A DNA stretch of 64,000 nucleotides from an uncultured Acidobacteriota bacterium (GCA_963828465.1 CAWHEU010000018.1:64001-128000), one strand, 5' to 3'. Numbered from the stretch's first letter, positions 10,479 through 21,398 are shown. The notes: generated by a model from the letters alone, not told the origin. Made by a program: numbers and translations.

Positions 10479-10793
10479 TCAGGAGGATTCGGCTTCTGGT
10501 TTGTCCGGGCCTACCCGGGTACCGACGGCTTTACGCGAGACCCGGATCTTCCCCTCCTCGACCCGGAGGACGACGCTCTCGTCGTCGACCGACACCACGA
10601 TGCCGTGGATCCCGCCAATGGTCCGAACCTCCTCACCGGGGCTGAGGGTCTTGGACAGCTCCTGCTGGGCCTTGGCGCGTTGACGCTGGGGCCGGATGAT
10701 GAACAACCAGAAGACGGCAACCATCAGCCCGAGGAAGAGCAGCGAGGGCAGCGGGCTCGCCGCGGTCTCCTGAGCAAGGACGAGATGGGTCAC
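10479..10793 (-). CDS. yajC: Preprotein translocase subunit YajC
   Basis: FWLFIIRPQRQR, GEEVRTIGGIHG; GTG at 10793 with GGAGG RBS. Confidence 0.9.
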   Translation of the reverse strand: MTHLVLAQETAASPLPSLLFLGLMVAVFWLFIIRPQRQRAKAQQELSKTLSPGEEVRTIGGIHGIVVSVDDESVVLRVEEGKIRVSRKAVGTRVGPDKPEAESS

Positions 10794-10848
10794 TGGATCC
10801 TCCAGATCGCGAGAGACGGACCCGCCGAGATTAGGCAACGGCAAGGGT

Positions 10849-11958
10849 CTAGGGCGAACCGTTGGCCCTGGCTGCGGCGACGCCACCCATGAAGTCGGAG
10901 AACGTCCCCGATTCGATGGCCTGGCGGGCGGAGCCGACCAAGTCCAGCGTGTATCGCAGGTTGTGGATCGTGAGGAGGCGATGGGCGGACAGCTCCTTCA
11001 CCCGGACCAGATGCCGCAAGTAGCCCCGGCTGTGAGTCCGACAGGTGTGGCAGGCGCAGTTTTCGTCGACAGGGCGATCGTCGGACTCGGACTCGGCGTT
11101 ACGGAGACTGAAGTCCCCGCGTCGGGTCAGGACCTTGCCGTGTCGGGCGAGCCGGGTGGGGAGGACGCAATCGAACATGTCCGCTCCTCTGGCGATCGCC
11201 TCGAGCAACCCATCTGTATCTCCCAACCCCATTACGTACCGAGGCTTGCCGTCGGGGAGCTCGGCGAAGCTTGCCTCCAGGGCGAGATGACGCTCGTCCC
11301 GGCCCTCACCGACCGAGAGCCCCCCGATCCCGAAACCAGGGAACCCGAGGGCGGCGGTTTGAGCTGCGCTCTTCGCTCTCAGATCGGGGTCGATTCCACC
11401 CTGGACTATCCCAAACAGAGCCTGATCTGCCTTGCTATGCGCGCGAAGGCAGCGTTCGGCCCAGCGCAGGGTCCGCTCCAGCTCGGCTTCGACCAGCTCG
11501 GGGGGCGCCGGGAGACCGACGCACACGTCCAGGGCCATGGCGATGTCGGGCGCCAGCTCCTCCTGAATCCGGATCGCGTCCTCAGGAGTGAGCTCGACAG
11601 ATGACCCGTCGTAGACGGAACGGAAGCGGGCACCGCCCTCCTCGATCACCGGCTCGAGGGAGAAGATCTGAAACCCGCCTGAGTCGGTGAGGATCGGCCC
11701 GTCCCACGCCATGAATTGGTGAAGCCCGCCCAGAGCCGCGATTCGCGACGACCCTGGCCGCAGCATCAGGTGGTAGGTATTGGCCAACACGATCTCCGCT
11801 CTGACTTCGGACAGGTCGCGACTGTCGACCGCCTTGACTGCTGCCCTGGTGCCCACCGGCATGAAAGCTGGTGTCGGGATCCGGCCGTGGGGGGTGTCGA
11901 GCCACCCAGAGCGCGCCTCCCCATCTTTCGACTGCAAGGTCCAGGTCACCGCGCTCAT
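10849..11958 (-). CDS. tgt: tRNA-guanine transglycosylase
   Basis: TPAFMPVGT, NTYHL, TDSGGFQ, GGLSVGE, DMFDCVLPTR, Zn site CACHTC. Confidence 0.96.
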   Translation of the reverse strand: MSAVTWTLQSKDGEARSGWLDTPHGRIPTPAFMPVGTRAAVKAVDSRDLSEVRAEIVLANTYHLMLRPGSSRIAALGGLHQFMAWDGPILTDSGGFQIFSLEPVIEEGGARFRSVYDGSSVELTPEDAIRIQEELAPDIAMALDVCVGLPAPPELVEAELERTLRWAERCLRAHSKADQALFGIVQGGIDPDLRAKSAAQTAALGFPGFGIGGLSVGEGRDERHLALEASFAELPDGKPRYVMGLGDTDGLLEAIARGADMFDCVLPTRLARHGKVLTRRGDFSLRNAESESDDRPVDENCACHTCRTHSRGYLRHLVRVKELSAHRLLTIHNLRYTLDLVGSARQAIESGTFSDFMGGVAAARANGSP

Positions 11959-11965
11959 TTAGTGA

Positions 11966-12970
11966 TTATCGCTCGGCCAGCATCGCATCCCCGAAGGAGA
12001 GAAATCGATACCCGCGTTCGAGTGCGATCCGATAGGCCTCCCGCCACCTGTCCCCCATGAACGCCGCCAGCAGGACCACGAGGGTGGAGCCCGGGACGTG
12101 GAAGTTGGTCACCAGGGCGTCGACCACCCGGAACTCGACACCGGGTGTGAGGAAGAGGTTCGTTTCACGTTCACCCGCCGCCACTGTCCCGGCCCCATCG
12201 GCAAATGACTCCAGCGTCCTCACCACGGTGGTGCCGATCGCCACCACCCGCCCTCCCCGGGCACGGGCGGAGTCGACTGAAGCTGCGGTCGACTCCGGGA
12301 TCGAGCACCACTCCGAGTGCATCACGTGCTCCTCGACGCTCTCGGTGGCGATGGGTCGAAACGTGTCGATTCCGACGTGAAGGTCGACGGGGGCGATCTC
12401 GATCTCCCGTTGCCGCAGACGGGTTGCCACCTCCTTGGTGAAATGAAGGCCGGCGGTGGGGGCGGCTGCCGAACCAATCGTGCGGGCGAACATCGTCTGG
12501 TACCGATCGGGATCGTCCAAGGTGCCCTGGAAGTAGGGCGGGAGCGGGACGTTCCCGGCGTTGGCTATGGCTGCCTCGACGTCGGGCGTCGCCAGGTCGA
12601 CCACGACCATCCCTTCATCGGGGCCGTCCACGATCGTGGCCGTGACGCCCTCGACCTCGATCACGATCCCCGGCCGCAGCCGTCGCGATGGCCGGGCCAG
12701 TGCCTCCCAAAGCCCGTCGGGGCGGGCCTCGAGCAGGAGCAACTCGACCGAACCGCCAGTGTCGGGGCGACGGCCGGCGAGCCGGGCCGCCCGGACCCTG
12801 GTCTCATTGACTACCACCAGGTCACCGGGCCGAAGTATCGATGGCAGGTCGAGGAAACGATGATCCGACATGTCACGGGTGTCCAGGAGTCGGGAGGCGT
12901 GACGGGGCTCGATCGCCTCCTGGGCGATGGCCGACTCCGGGAGCGGGTATTTGAAATCCTCGACCCTCAT
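11966..12970 (-). CDS. queA: S-adenosylmethionine:tRNA ribosyltransferase-isomerase
   Basis: VPLPPY, AAPTAGLHF, IGTTVVRTLES, TNFH, YRFLSFGDAML. Confidence 0.96.
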   Translation of the reverse strand: MRVEDFKYPLPESAIAQEAIEPRHASRLLDTRDMSDHRFLDLPSILRPGDLVVVNETRVRAARLAGRRPDTGGSVELLLLEARPDGLWEALARPSRRLRPGIVIEVEGVTATIVDGPDEGMVVVDLATPDVEAAIANAGNVPLPPYFQGTLDDPDRYQTMFARTIGSAAAPTAGLHFTKEVATRLRQREIEIAPVDLHVGIDTFRPIATESVEEHVMHSEWCSIPESTAASVDSARARGGRVVAIGTTVVRTLESFADGAGTVAAGERETNLFLTPGVEFRVVDALVTNFHVPGSTLVVLLAAFMGDRWREAYRIALERGYRFLSFGDAMLAER

Positions 12971-12981
12971 CGAGATGGAGG

Positions 12982-14001
12982 CTAGAGAAGCGTCCCCTGG
13001 GGATCGGCGGGCGGTTCCTGGCCGAGGTGGGTGTAGGCGCGAGCGGTGGCCATGCGGCCCCGTGGAGTGCGTTTGATCAACCCGGACTGGAGCAGGAACG
13101 GCTCGTAGGCGTCCTCGACCGTCTCCGGCTCCTCGCCGACGGCGATGGCGAGAGTCGAGAGCCCGACGGGCCCGCCACCGAACTTGTCGATGATCGACTC
13201 GAGGATCGCCCGGTCAACCTTGTCCAGACCGAGGTCGTCGACCTCGAACACCCGCAATGCCTCGTTGGCGACTTCGGGGTCGATGACACCTGACGCCCTG
13301 GACACTGCGTAGTCCCTGACCCGGGCAAGGAGTCTGTTGGCAATGCGCGGCGTCCATCGGCTGCGATGAGAGATGATCCCGGCTGCATCCTCCGAGATCT
13401 CCACACCGATGATGCCGGCCGATCGACGAATGATGACAGCGAGCTCGTCTGGCGAGTAGTAGTCGAGCTTCTCCTCGATCCCGAACCGGTCCCGAAGCGG
13501 CGCCGTCACGGTGCCCTTCCGCGTGGTGGCTCCGACCAGTGTGAACTGCGGGAGGTCGAGGCGGATCGACTGGGCGGTGGGGCCTTTGCCAAGCACGATG
13601 TCGAGCTGGAAGTCCTCCATCGCCGGATAGAGCACTTCCTCGACTGCTCGGGGCAGCCGGTGGATCTCATCGATGAAGAAGACATCGCCCGTGTCGAGGT
13701 TGGAGAGGATCGCGGCGAGATCGCCGGGCCGGTCCAGGGCTGGTCCCGAAGTGACCCGCATCTTCACCTCCAGCTCGTTGGCGATGACTCCGGCCAGCGT
13801 CGTCTTCCCGAGCCCGGGGGGGCCGGAGAAGAGAACATGATCCAGGGGTCTCTTCTCTTTGCGCGCAGCGTCCAAAGAGATCTCGAGACGCTCTCGCACC
13901 CGATCCTGCCCGATGAACTCGTCGAGACGCTTTGGGCGGAGAGTGATCTCCTCGTCGGTCTCGATCGTCGGGTTCAAGAGGGAGTCCTCACGCATGGTCA
14001 A
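12982..14001 (-). CDS. ruvB: Holliday junction branch migration helicase RuvB
   Basis: [35 protein letters not shown]. Confidence 0.97.
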   Translation of the reverse strand: MTMREDSLLNPTIETDEEITLRPKRLDEFIGQDRVRERLEISLDAARKEKRPLDHVLFSGPPGLGKTTLAGVIANELEVKMRVTSGPALDRPGDLAAILSNLDTGDVFFIDEIHRLPRAVEEVLYPAMEDFQLDIVLGKGPTAQSIRLDLPQFTLVGATTRKGTVTAPLRDRFGIEEKLDYYSPDELAVIIRRSAGIIGVEISEDAAGIISHRSRWTPRIANRLLARVRDYAVSRASGVIDPEVANEALRVFEVDDLGLDKVDRAILESIIDKFGGGPVGLSTLAIAVGEEPETVEDAYEPFLLQSGLIKRTPRGRMATARAYTHLGQEPPADPQGTLL

Positions 14002-14567
14002 CCCCTGCCCAGGGCGCGGAGAGCGGCCTTGATCTGGGTCTCAATGGCGGAATCCGGGTCCAGTTCGCCCATGACCCCGTTGATCTCTTCAGTCGAATAG
14101 CCCAAGCCTTCCAATGCCTGACGAACCGTCACGAGACTGGTCGAGCCGACCACCTCGGCGTCAATGCCGGCCAGCTTGGGCGCCAGCTCGAGCACGATCT
14201 TCTGCGCCCCGCGTTTCCCCACTCCGGGGACGACAGTGAGCGCGTCGGCGTCTTCGGTGACGATGCTGCGAACGATCTCCTGGTGGGTCATGGTTCCCAG
14301 GATGGACATCGCCAGCTTGGGCCCGACTCCGCCGGCCCCCAGCAGGATCCGGAACAGGTCGCGATCTGCCTCGGCGCCAAACCCGTAGAGGCTCAAATCG
14401 TCCTCACGCACGTGGGTGTGGGTGTGCACCACGACTTCCTCACCAATGCCAGGCAGGGCCGCGACACCCCGTGGGGTCATGCTCACGTCATAACCCACAC
14501 CCCCCACCTCGACGCAGACCACTTCTCCACGTCTCGAAACGAGGACACCACGCAGACGGCCGATCAT
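13998..14567 (-). CDS. ruvA: Holliday junction DNA-binding protein RuvA
   Basis: [47 protein letters not shown]. Confidence 0.95.
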   Translation of the reverse strand: MIGRLRGVLVSRRGEVVCVEVGGVGYDVSMTPRGVAALPGIGEEVVVHTHTHVREDDLSLYGFGAEADRDLFRILLGAGGVGPKLAMSILGTMTHQEIVRSIVTEDADALTVVPGVGKRGAQKIVLELAPKLAGIDAEVVGSTSLVTVRQALEGLGYSTEEINGVMGELDPDSAIETQIKAALRALGRG

Positions 14568-15046
14568 CTTGCTCTCTCCAATGGTGCAGCTCGGAGATGA
14601 CAGAGGGCGATGGCCAGGGCGTCGGCCGCGTCGGCAGGCCGGGGAGGCTCCGCCAAACGGAGCAAGCGGGCCACCATTTGTTGGATCTGCTTCTTGGACG
14701 CCGATCCGTCGCCGGTGATCGCCGACTTGACTGCGGTCGGCGCGTATTCGGACACGTCGAGACCGGCCCTGGCGGCCACCAGCAGGGCAACGCCCGACGC
14801 TCGGCCAACCGAGATCGCTGTCTGCAGGTTTTGATTGGTGAACACCGACTCCACGGCTACCACGTCGGGCCTCGATTCTTCGATCACCTGGGTCAGCCCG
14901 ATGAACAGCTCGGCAAGTCTCTCTGCCATCGGCGACGTGGGATCGGTGCGGATCACACCGGCGAGCACGGCGGTGGGTGGGTGCCCGCCCTCTACCACCC
15001 CGTACCCGGTGGCGGACAGACCGGGGTCGATGCCCATGACGAACAT
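14564..15046 (-). CDS. ruvC: Crossover junction endodeoxyribonuclease RuvC
   Basis: MFVMGIDPGLSATGYGVV, EYAPTAVK, DAADALAIALCH; real start ATG 15046 inside the over-extended 499-aa ORF. Confidence 0.95.
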   Translation of the reverse strand: MFVMGIDPGLSATGYGVVEGGHPPTAVLAGVIRTDPTSPMAERLAELFIGLTQVIEESRPDVVAVESVFTNQNLQTAISVGRASGVALLVAARAGLDVSEYAPTAVKSAITGDGSASKKQIQQMVARLLRLAEPPRPADAADALAIALCHLRAAPLERAR

Positions 15047-15053
15047 ATGTTTG
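15040..15053. promoter_or_regulatory. LexA (SOS) box overlapping ruvC start codon
   Basis: CGAAC-ATAT-GTTTG matches the Gram-positive CGAAC-N4-GTTYG consensus. Confidence 0.8.
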
Positions 15054-15217
15054 GCGAGATTAGGCGGGTGCCGCCTCGATGCCGATGATTTGCGGTGATA
15101 CGTCGGAGGCGAAACGTTCCCCGACGACGAGAGGTCGGGTCCGCCGTCCTGGGAAATAACGAGCTCAACCTGTAACCAGAGTCGCCGCAGTGAGCCACAC
15201 ACTGATAGGTTGGCCGA

Positions 15218-16138
15218 ATGCGATTGACGAGAGAGTTGCTCGACCAGCTGGTGGGTGAGCGGACTTTCTGGCATTGGCAATTCGGGGCGGACGGGTTGGC
15301 GAAGCGGACAAGCAACTTCGCGCCGACAGAGGTCGCGTTCAGGGGCATGACCGCGGCTCGTTCCATCTCGGACCACCGATCCGAGCAGGCCGCGGATCTC
15401 GGACGTGACCAACCAATCATGGTCGTCCGTGACCAGGATCGTCGGGTCGACCTGTACGAATTCATCAACGACGCCGAACTTCTGGACAGACTGTCGATTC
15501 AGGAACGAGCGGCTCTCGACTCCATGGAACCGTGGCAGGCTTCCAACCATCTCAACCGGCTTCGATACGAAGCCGCCAAGGAAGACGCTCTTCTCCTCAT
15601 CGATTTCATCAATGCGATCGCCGGAGCCGGCTATGCCGAAGGCTACGTCCACGGAAAGGACGGAGTGGAGAATCAGGACGGCGTACCCCGATACGTCAAG
15701 GTTCCGTGGATCGAGCGCGACGAGTACGAGACGTGGGATCAATTCCAGCGTCGGCTCAACGACGAGGGTGACCAGGCCCAAGCCGAGCAACATGCCCGAG
15801 CAGAGGACTTCCGGGAGACATTCGACGATCGTGTCGGCGCACTGCTCGGCAACGTCACAGACGAGTCCCCGGTCACCCGAAAACAGTTGGCTGAGATAGT
15901 CGGTGTCAAGCCCAACTCGAGCATCGTGGGGACCTTGCTGCCCCGACCCGACCAGCCATCGAAAGGTCGCTATCCGGCGGTCTGGAATTGGGGAAGCGTC
16001 AAGGCATACGCATGGACCAAGGCTCTGCAACAGCATTTCATGAGCCTGGGCGATGACCGACACAAAGCGAGCTATGTTTCCAAGCGGATCGTCGCCGACG
16101 AGGCGCCCGACGCCGACATCATCCCGATTCCCGATTAG
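15218..16138 (+). CDS. Hypothetical protein with possible C-terminal AlpA/excisionase-like HTH
   Basis: 306 aa; TAGGTT-N6-ATG promoter; VTRKQLAEIVGVKPNS...LPRPD...GRYPAVWNWGSVKAY resembles a winged HTH. Confidence 0.7.
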   Translation: MRLTRELLDQLVGERTFWHWQFGADGLAKRTSNFAPTEVAFRGMTAARSISDHRSEQAADLGRDQPIMVVRDQDRRVDLYEFINDAELLDRLSIQERAALDSMEPWQASNHLNRLRYEAAKEDALLLIDFINAIAGAGYAEGYVHGKDGVENQDGVPRYVKVPWIERDEYETWDQFQRRLNDEGDQAQAEQHARAEDFRETFDDRVGALLGNVTDESPVTRKQLAEIVGVKPNSSIVGTLLPRPDQPSKGRYPAVWNWGSVKAYAWTKALQQHFMSLGDDRHKASYVSKRIVADEAPDADIIPIPD

Positions 16139-16239
16139 ACCGCGACCTCATCCCTCGCCTGGGTGGAGGGAACGCTGATCCCACTTGGCGTGGGCACGAT
16201 TGCCTAGGATCTCCCTAGTCGCCCAGAGAAGGAGCTGTC

Positions 16240-16554
16240 ATGGATTGGCTCAGCACGATCATCGGCGCGTTGGTAGCAGGCATCATCATCGGGCCTCTCG
16301 CCCGTCTGGTTTTGCCCGGCAAGCAGAACATCTCGATGGGGATGACCATTCTGGTCGGTGCGGTTGGCGCGCTCGTGGGTGGTCTGGTGGCCGATTGGCT
16401 GAATATCGGGACGACGGAGGGCACAACGGCCGGTATCGACTGGATCAAGCTCGGCATTCAGGTGGCCGTGGCCGCCGTGTTGGTCATCGCCTACGGGTCG
16501 ATGGCCGGAAGAGGCGCGAGCACCACCACGACCCCACCGCCCCCGGCAACCTGA
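16240..16554 (+). CDS. GlsB/YeaQ/YmgE (transglycosylase-associated) membrane protein
   Basis: GIIIGPLARLVLPGKQNISMGMTILVGAVGALVGG; AAGGAG RBS. Confidence 0.88.
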   Translation: MDWLSTIIGALVAGIIIGPLARLVLPGKQNISMGMTILVGAVGALVGGLVADWLNIGTTEGTTAGIDWIKLGIQVAVAAVLVIAYGSMAGRGASTTTTPPPPAT

Positions 16555-16570
16555 GCGGCGGCGCTTTCGG

Positions 16571-17320
16571 TCAGACCTCTTCGAGGACGCGCTCCATGAC
16601 GTCGTCGTCGATGTCGTAGTTCGCATACACCGCCTGAACATCGTCTAGATCGTCCAAGGCGTCTATCAGACGGAGCAGCTTGCGCGCCTCCCCTTCACCA
16701 ACCGGGACCGTGGTCGAGGGGAGCTGCGTTACATCGGCGGAGTCGATCTCCAGACCCGACTCACCAAGGGCGGTCCGGACCTGCTGAACGTCACCCGGCG
16801 AGGTAATGACCTCGAACCACCCGTCACCTGCGTCGCGGATGTCCTCGGCCCCCGAGTCGAGGGCCACCAGCATGACATCGTCCTCGGTACCTTTCACGTG
16901 GATCAAGCCCTTCTGATGAAAGAGGTAACCGACCGAACCGGGCTCGCCCAGGTTTCCGCCGCTTCTTGTGAACGTGGAGCGGACGTCTGAAGCAGCCCTG
17001 TTCCTGTTGTCGGTGAGGATCTGCACGTAGAGCGCTACGCCTCCGGGGCCGTACCCCTCGTACCAGATCTCCTCATAGTGGGCCCCCTCGACCTCGCCGG
17101 TGCCCCGCTTGACCGCACGGTCGATGTTGTCGTTGGGCATCGAAGCCACCTTTGCCTTGTAGATGGCGGTGGCGAGTGTCGGGTTGAAGTCCGGATTGCC
17201 GCCTCCCTCGCGTGCCGCGATCTCAATCGCCTTGGCGAGCTTGCCGAACAGCTTGCCTCGTGCCGCGTCCTGGCGACCTTTGCGGTGCTTGATGTTCGCC
17301 CACTTGGAATGGCCCGACAC
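16571..17320 (-). CDS. yebC: YebC/PmpR family protein
   Basis: MSGHSKWANIKHRKG, YEGYGPGGVA, TDNRNRA. Confidence 0.96.
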   Translation of the reverse strand: MSGHSKWANIKHRKGRQDAARGKLFGKLAKAIEIAAREGGGNPDFNPTLATAIYKAKVASMPNDNIDRAVKRGTGEVEGAHYEEIWYEGYGPGGVALYVQILTDNRNRAASDVRSTFTRSGGNLGEPGSVGYLFHQKGLIHVKGTEDDVMLVALDSGAEDIRDAGDGWFEVITSPGDVQQVRTALGESGLEIDSADVTQLPSTTVPVGEGEARKLLRLIDALDDLDDVQAVYANYDIDDDVMERVLEEV

Positions 17321-17327
17321 GGGTACC

Positions 17328-17891
17328 TCAGATCAGATCGATCAAGAGTTGGTGGATCCGGGCGTCTCCGGTCAACTCGGGATGGAAGGAGGTGCCGATG
17401 ATCTTGCCCTGACGAACCATGACCGGGTGCTCGTCGATGTCAGCGAGGACCTCCACATCGGCTCCAACTTTCTCGACCCAGGGAGCGCGGATGAAGACGG
17501 CGTGGAAAGGCTGATCCAGGCCATCGACTTCGAGATCCTCTTCGAAAGACTCGTTCTGCCGTCCGAAGGCGTTACGTCGAACCACGACGTCCAGGACGCC
17601 CAGAAGCGGCTGGTCGCCGTCGGTCACCGCGCCGGCCAGCAGAATGAGCCCGGCACAGGTGCCGTAGGTGGGGAGCCCATCTTCGATCGATCTACGGAGA
17701 GGCTCGATCAAGCCGAAGCGAACAGCCATCTTGCCGATGGTGGTCGACTCCCCTCCCGGGATCACCAGAGCGTCGATCGCCCCGAGTTCGTCCGGCGTCT
17801 TGACCGGTGCCGCCGCCACACCAAGCGATTCGAGAGTGTGGAGATGCTCCCGGACGTCCCCCTGAAGAGCAAGGACGCCAACGGTGGTCAT
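17328..17891 (-). CDS. pdxT: PLP synthase glutaminase subunit
   Basis: VGVLALQGDVREH, PGGESTT, GTCAGLILLA, FIRAP, SFHPEL; start ATG 17891. Confidence 0.95.
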   Translation of the reverse strand: MTTVGVLALQGDVREHLHTLESLGVAAAPVKTPDELGAIDALVIPGGESTTIGKMAVRFGLIEPLRRSIEDGLPTYGTCAGLILLAGAVTDGDQPLLGVLDVVVRRNAFGRQNESFEEDLEVDGLDQPFHAVFIRAPWVEKVGADVEVLADIDEHPVMVRQGKIIGTSFHPELTGDARIHQLLIDLI

Positions 17892-17892
17892 C

Positions 17893-18789
17893 TCACCATC
17901 CCCGCTCGGCGAGACGCTCCGTGTCCCTGAGGGTGTCCATCTCGATTCCAGGCATGGCCTCGCCGAGGCCGCGCGAGACCTTCGCCACCACCTCGGGCTC
18001 GTTCCAAAAAGTGGTCGCTTCGACGATTGCCCGGGCATAGGCCTCTGGTCCGGAGCTCTTGAAGATCCCCGACCCAACGAACACGCCATCGACGCCGAGC
18101 GACATCATCAGGGCTGCATCGGCAGGAGTTGCGATGCCGCCTGCGGCGAAGTTGACCACTGGCAGTTTCCCGGTTGAAGCGACCTCACGGACCAGGTCGA
18201 AGGGGGCCCCGTGGTCACGAGCGGCAGACATCAGCTGCGCCTCGTCCCTGGTCGTCAGCGCTCGCAACTCGTTGGTCACTGTTCGCATGTGACGCACCGC
18301 TTCGACGACATTGCCGGTGCCCGCCTCCCCCTTGGTTCGGATCATCGCCGCGCCTTCACCGATGCGTCTCAGGGCTTCGCCCAGATTGCGGGCCCCACAG
18401 ACGAACGGGGTGGTGAACGCCCATTTGTCGACGTGGTGTTCCTCGTCGGCAGGTGTGAGCACTTCGGATTCGTCGATGAAGTCGACATCCAGGGCCTGGA
18501 GCACCGATGCCTCGGCGAAATGACCAATCCGGCACTTGGCCATGACCGGGATCGTCACCGAGGCCTGGATCTCTTCGATCTTGGTCGGGTCCGCCATCCG
18601 AGCGACACCACCGTGCTTGCGAATGTCAGATGGGACCCGTTCCAGGGCCATCACCGCGACGGCGCCTGCCTCTTCGGCGATCTTTGCCTCATCGGCGGTG
18701 ACGACATCCATGATGACTCCGCCCTTGAGCATCTCGGCGAGGCCTCTCTTGACGCGATCTGTACCGGTTTCCACTTCTCTCGGCTCCAT
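17893..18789 (-). CDS. pdxS: PLP synthase lyase subunit
   Basis: [41 protein letters not shown]. Confidence 0.97.
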   Translation of the reverse strand: MEPREVETGTDRVKRGLAEMLKGGVIMDVVTADEAKIAEEAGAVAVMALERVPSDIRKHGGVARMADPTKIEEIQASVTIPVMAKCRIGHFAEASVLQALDVDFIDESEVLTPADEEHHVDKWAFTTPFVCGARNLGEALRRIGEGAAMIRTKGEAGTGNVVEAVRHMRTVTNELRALTTRDEAQLMSAARDHGAPFDLVREVASTGKLPVVNFAAGGIATPADAALMMSLGVDGVFVGSGIFKSSGPEAYARAIVEATTFWNEPEVVAKVSRGLGEAMPGIEMDTLRDTERLAERGW

Positions 18790-18827
18790 TGGGGTAACTC
18801 CGATTGTACAGGCTCGCCTTCGCTGCC

Positions 18828-19865
18828 CTAAGCGACCACCTCGTCGTAGAGCTCGCGATACACGCCCCCAATGACACTCCAGTCGTGTTCCTCGGCGACC
18901 CGCCGGCCGTCCTCTGCCAGCCGGCCTCGCTCGGCGGCGTCCCCGAGCAGGTCGATCACGGCGTCGGCCAGTGCCCCGCTGTCCCCGACAGGGAAGAATC
19001 GGGCGGCGTCCCCGGCCAGTTCACGAAAGGGCTGGAGATCCGAGGCGACGACCGCGGCGCCGGCCGCCATTGCCTCCAGCAGGACGATCCCGAATGATTC
19101 GCCCCCGATCTGTGGTGCGACGTACACCGATGACGAGCTCAGCTGCGTGGCTTTGGTGCCCTCGTCCACCCTTCCCATCCAGGTCGGCCCGGTCAAGTCT
19201 CGCTGCGCTCCAATGACCACCAGCCTGGACTCTGGTCGAGCGGTCTCGATCTTCTCCCATGCCTCCAGGAGGACATCGAGGCCCTTTCTCGGCTCGTCCC
19301 GACCGAGGAACGCCACCTTCCCGGGGTCACGACGGGCTTCGACCCTCATCGAGGCCACATCCAGCCCGTTGGGAATGATTCGGACCTCGAGGCGGCCCTT
19401 TGGGAGGACGTCGGCCGCGGCATGACTGACCGCCGTCACGATGCTGGTGTTACCCAGCAGCCTGCTCAGGAGGGGGCGGGTCATGCGATATCCGAGACGA
19501 CCGACCCGACCGGGAGCGGCGTGAAATGTGGCCACCACCGGGGGCCCGGCATGGGTGGCGAGCAACGACGCCAGTGGCATGAGCGGCTCGTGGACGTGAA
19601 GCAGATCTAAATCCGACGAGGCGGCTCTGATCCGTCTCCGGGATCTCGGGTCTCCCACGATGGGGACCATGGATCCGTTGCCGGGTATTGAGATGCTCTC
19701 GCCGAGATCGACACCCGGCAGGCCGTCGGGCAGTCCGGGACCGATCACGACAGGATCGTCGCCCCAGGTCCTGAGATAGGCAGCCAGGCCGAGGACCTGG
19801 GCCTGGACCCCGCCAGGGACCGAGAGGTCGTAAGGGCTGACCAGACCGATTCGCAAAGCGCTCAT
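18828..19865 (-). CDS. pimA: GT4 glycosyltransferase, phosphatidylinositol mannosyltransferase PimA-like
   Basis: [44 protein letters not shown]; in pgsA-acyltransferase-GT operon. Confidence 0.85.
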   Translation of the reverse strand: MSALRIGLVSPYDLSVPGGVQAQVLGLAAYLRTWGDDPVVIGPGLPDGLPGVDLGESISIPGNGSMVPIVGDPRSRRRIRAASSDLDLLHVHEPLMPLASLLATHAGPPVVATFHAAPGRVGRLGYRMTRPLLSRLLGNTSIVTAVSHAAADVLPKGRLEVRIIPNGLDVASMRVEARRDPGKVAFLGRDEPRKGLDVLLEAWEKIETARPESRLVVIGAQRDLTGPTWMGRVDEGTKATQLSSSSVYVAPQIGGESFGIVLLEAMAAGAAVVASDLQPFRELAGDAARFFPVGDSGALADAVIDLLGDAAERGRLAEDGRRVAEEHDWSVIGGVYRELYDEVVA

Positions 19866-20740
19866 TCCCGATCCGAGGGCCAGTTGGGCTGGACCAGATG
19901 CCACTGTTGAGGCGCCGCCCGTATCAAGGACTCCATCTCCACGGCGAGGGCTTGCGTCATCTTGCGCACCTTCTCACTCCGGGTTCCCTCGGCCGGGACC
20001 GGAATCGCCGGCCTGATCACCACGCGGTAGCCATCGTCCCCGTCGTAGTAGGAGGCGACCGGGAGCAGCGGAGCCCCTGTGCGAAGGGCGAGTGTGGCCG
20101 GGCCGGCGGGGAGCGTGGTCTCCTCGCCGAAAAAGACCACCTCCACGCCGCGGCGCTTCAGATCGCGGTCGGCAAGGAGGGCCACGGCCTTGTTGGCCGC
20201 GAGCGCGGACTCCAACTTCCTCATCACCTCGGTTCCCCCGGTGGCGAGGACGACCTCGATCCCGAAATCGGCCCGCATCTTGGTGAACCAACCAGTGATC
20301 CGGCGATTGGGCAGGTTCTCGGCTACTGCGACCACCGGCACCTTCTCGTCGACGGAGACCGGGGCGGCCACCTCCCAATTGCCGACATGGGGCAACCCGT
20401 AGATCATCCCACGTCCTTCTTCCCGCGCCCCGATTATCTGCTCCGCGCCGTCCACGATCGTGTGAGATCGAAGCTCATCGACCCTCTTTCCTCGGGCCCA
20501 GAGCGCCTCGGCGTAATACCGGCCGTAGGACTTCATCACCGATCGGGCCGCTCGAACGGCTTGGGCTTCGTCACCGAGGACCCGCCTCATGTGCCGCTCG
20601 GCCATGCTGCGCCGGCCCTTGGCGGTGGCGTGCCAGACCCGTCCGCCAACACGTCCCAGGGACCGAGCAGCCGAGGCAGGAAGCAGGCCGATGAGCCCCG
20701 CGCCGGCGCGGAGGGCGAGATAGCCGGGAAGTTCGCTCAC
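19862..20740 (-). CDS. Phosphatidylinositol mannoside acyltransferase (PatA-like)
   Basis: PHVGNWE, LLADRDL, FFGEETTLPAGPA, QWHLVQPNW; GTG start overlapping pgsA stop. Confidence 0.88.
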   Translation of the reverse strand: MSELPGYLALRAGAGLIGLLPASAARSLGRVGGRVWHATAKGRRSMAERHMRRVLGDEAQAVRAARSVMKSYGRYYAEALWARGKRVDELRSHTIVDGAEQIIGAREEGRGMIYGLPHVGNWEVAAPVSVDEKVPVVAVAENLPNRRITGWFTKMRADFGIEVVLATGGTEVMRKLESALAANKAVALLADRDLKRRGVEVVFFGEETTLPAGPATLALRTGAPLLPVASYYDGDDGYRVVIRPAIPVPAEGTRSEKVRKMTQALAVEMESLIRAAPQQWHLVQPNWPSDRE

Positions 20741-21315
20741 TCGAAAGAACGGTAGGTGTCGATGAATCGCATCAAGGCGGTTATCCACACCAGGATCACG
20801 AAGATCCAGAGCATCGGCTCGACAAAACCGAGAAGCAACCCGACGGTGAAGAGGAGCACTCTCTCGGCGCGACCCATGATCCCCGCCTTGCCATTGAAGC
20901 CCTCGACCTCGGCCCGGCTTCGGACATAGGGGACGAGCATGGCGCCACCGATGGCGAGGACGATCAGGAGGAGAGCCGCTGCATCACCGGTCTCGCGGGC
21001 AATGGCGACGCCGAGCCCGGCAAACGCCGCTATCTCACCGATACGGTCGAACACCGAGTCCAGGAAGGCACCCCGGGCGGTGACCATCCCCGCAGCACGG
21101 GCCACAGAGCCATCGAGACCATCGAGAATCGAGCCGACCAGCACGATGATCGCACCGGAGCGCAATGCGCCTGTTGAGATCACTATCGAGCCCACGATGA
21201 CGATGGCGAGCCCGAGCGCGGTCATCGCGGTCGGAGTGACCCCGATGGAGGCCAGAGCCTTGCCAATGGGCTCGAGAAAGCGGGTGACCCGGGGTCGCAC
21301 CCTTGTGTCGATCAC
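20737..21315 (-). CDS. pgsA: CDP-alcohol phosphatidyltransferase (PI-phosphate synthase)
   Basis: DGLDGSVARAAG...GAFLDSVFDR signature; operon context. Confidence 0.88.
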   Translation of the reverse strand: MIDTRVRPRVTRFLEPIGKALASIGVTPTAMTALGLAIVIVGSIVISTGALRSGAIIVLVGSILDGLDGSVARAAGMVTARGAFLDSVFDRIGEIAAFAGLGVAIARETGDAAALLLIVLAIGGAMLVPYVRSRAEVEGFNGKAGIMGRAERVLLFTVGLLLGFVEPMLWIFVILVWITALMRFIDTYRSFE

Positions 21316-21398
21316 GACGGAGCAAAGTAGCAGGCCCGACCTTGTGGTCCGGTCCTGGGGCAGGGTTAGGATCGGCGACTCGCACGAAGTGGAGGTCA

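Noticed and set aside
14564-16063. 499-aa extended RuvC
   Set aside because: The extension is the antisense of the 15218..16138 gene; RuvC motifs, -10 and SOS box all point to a start at 15046.
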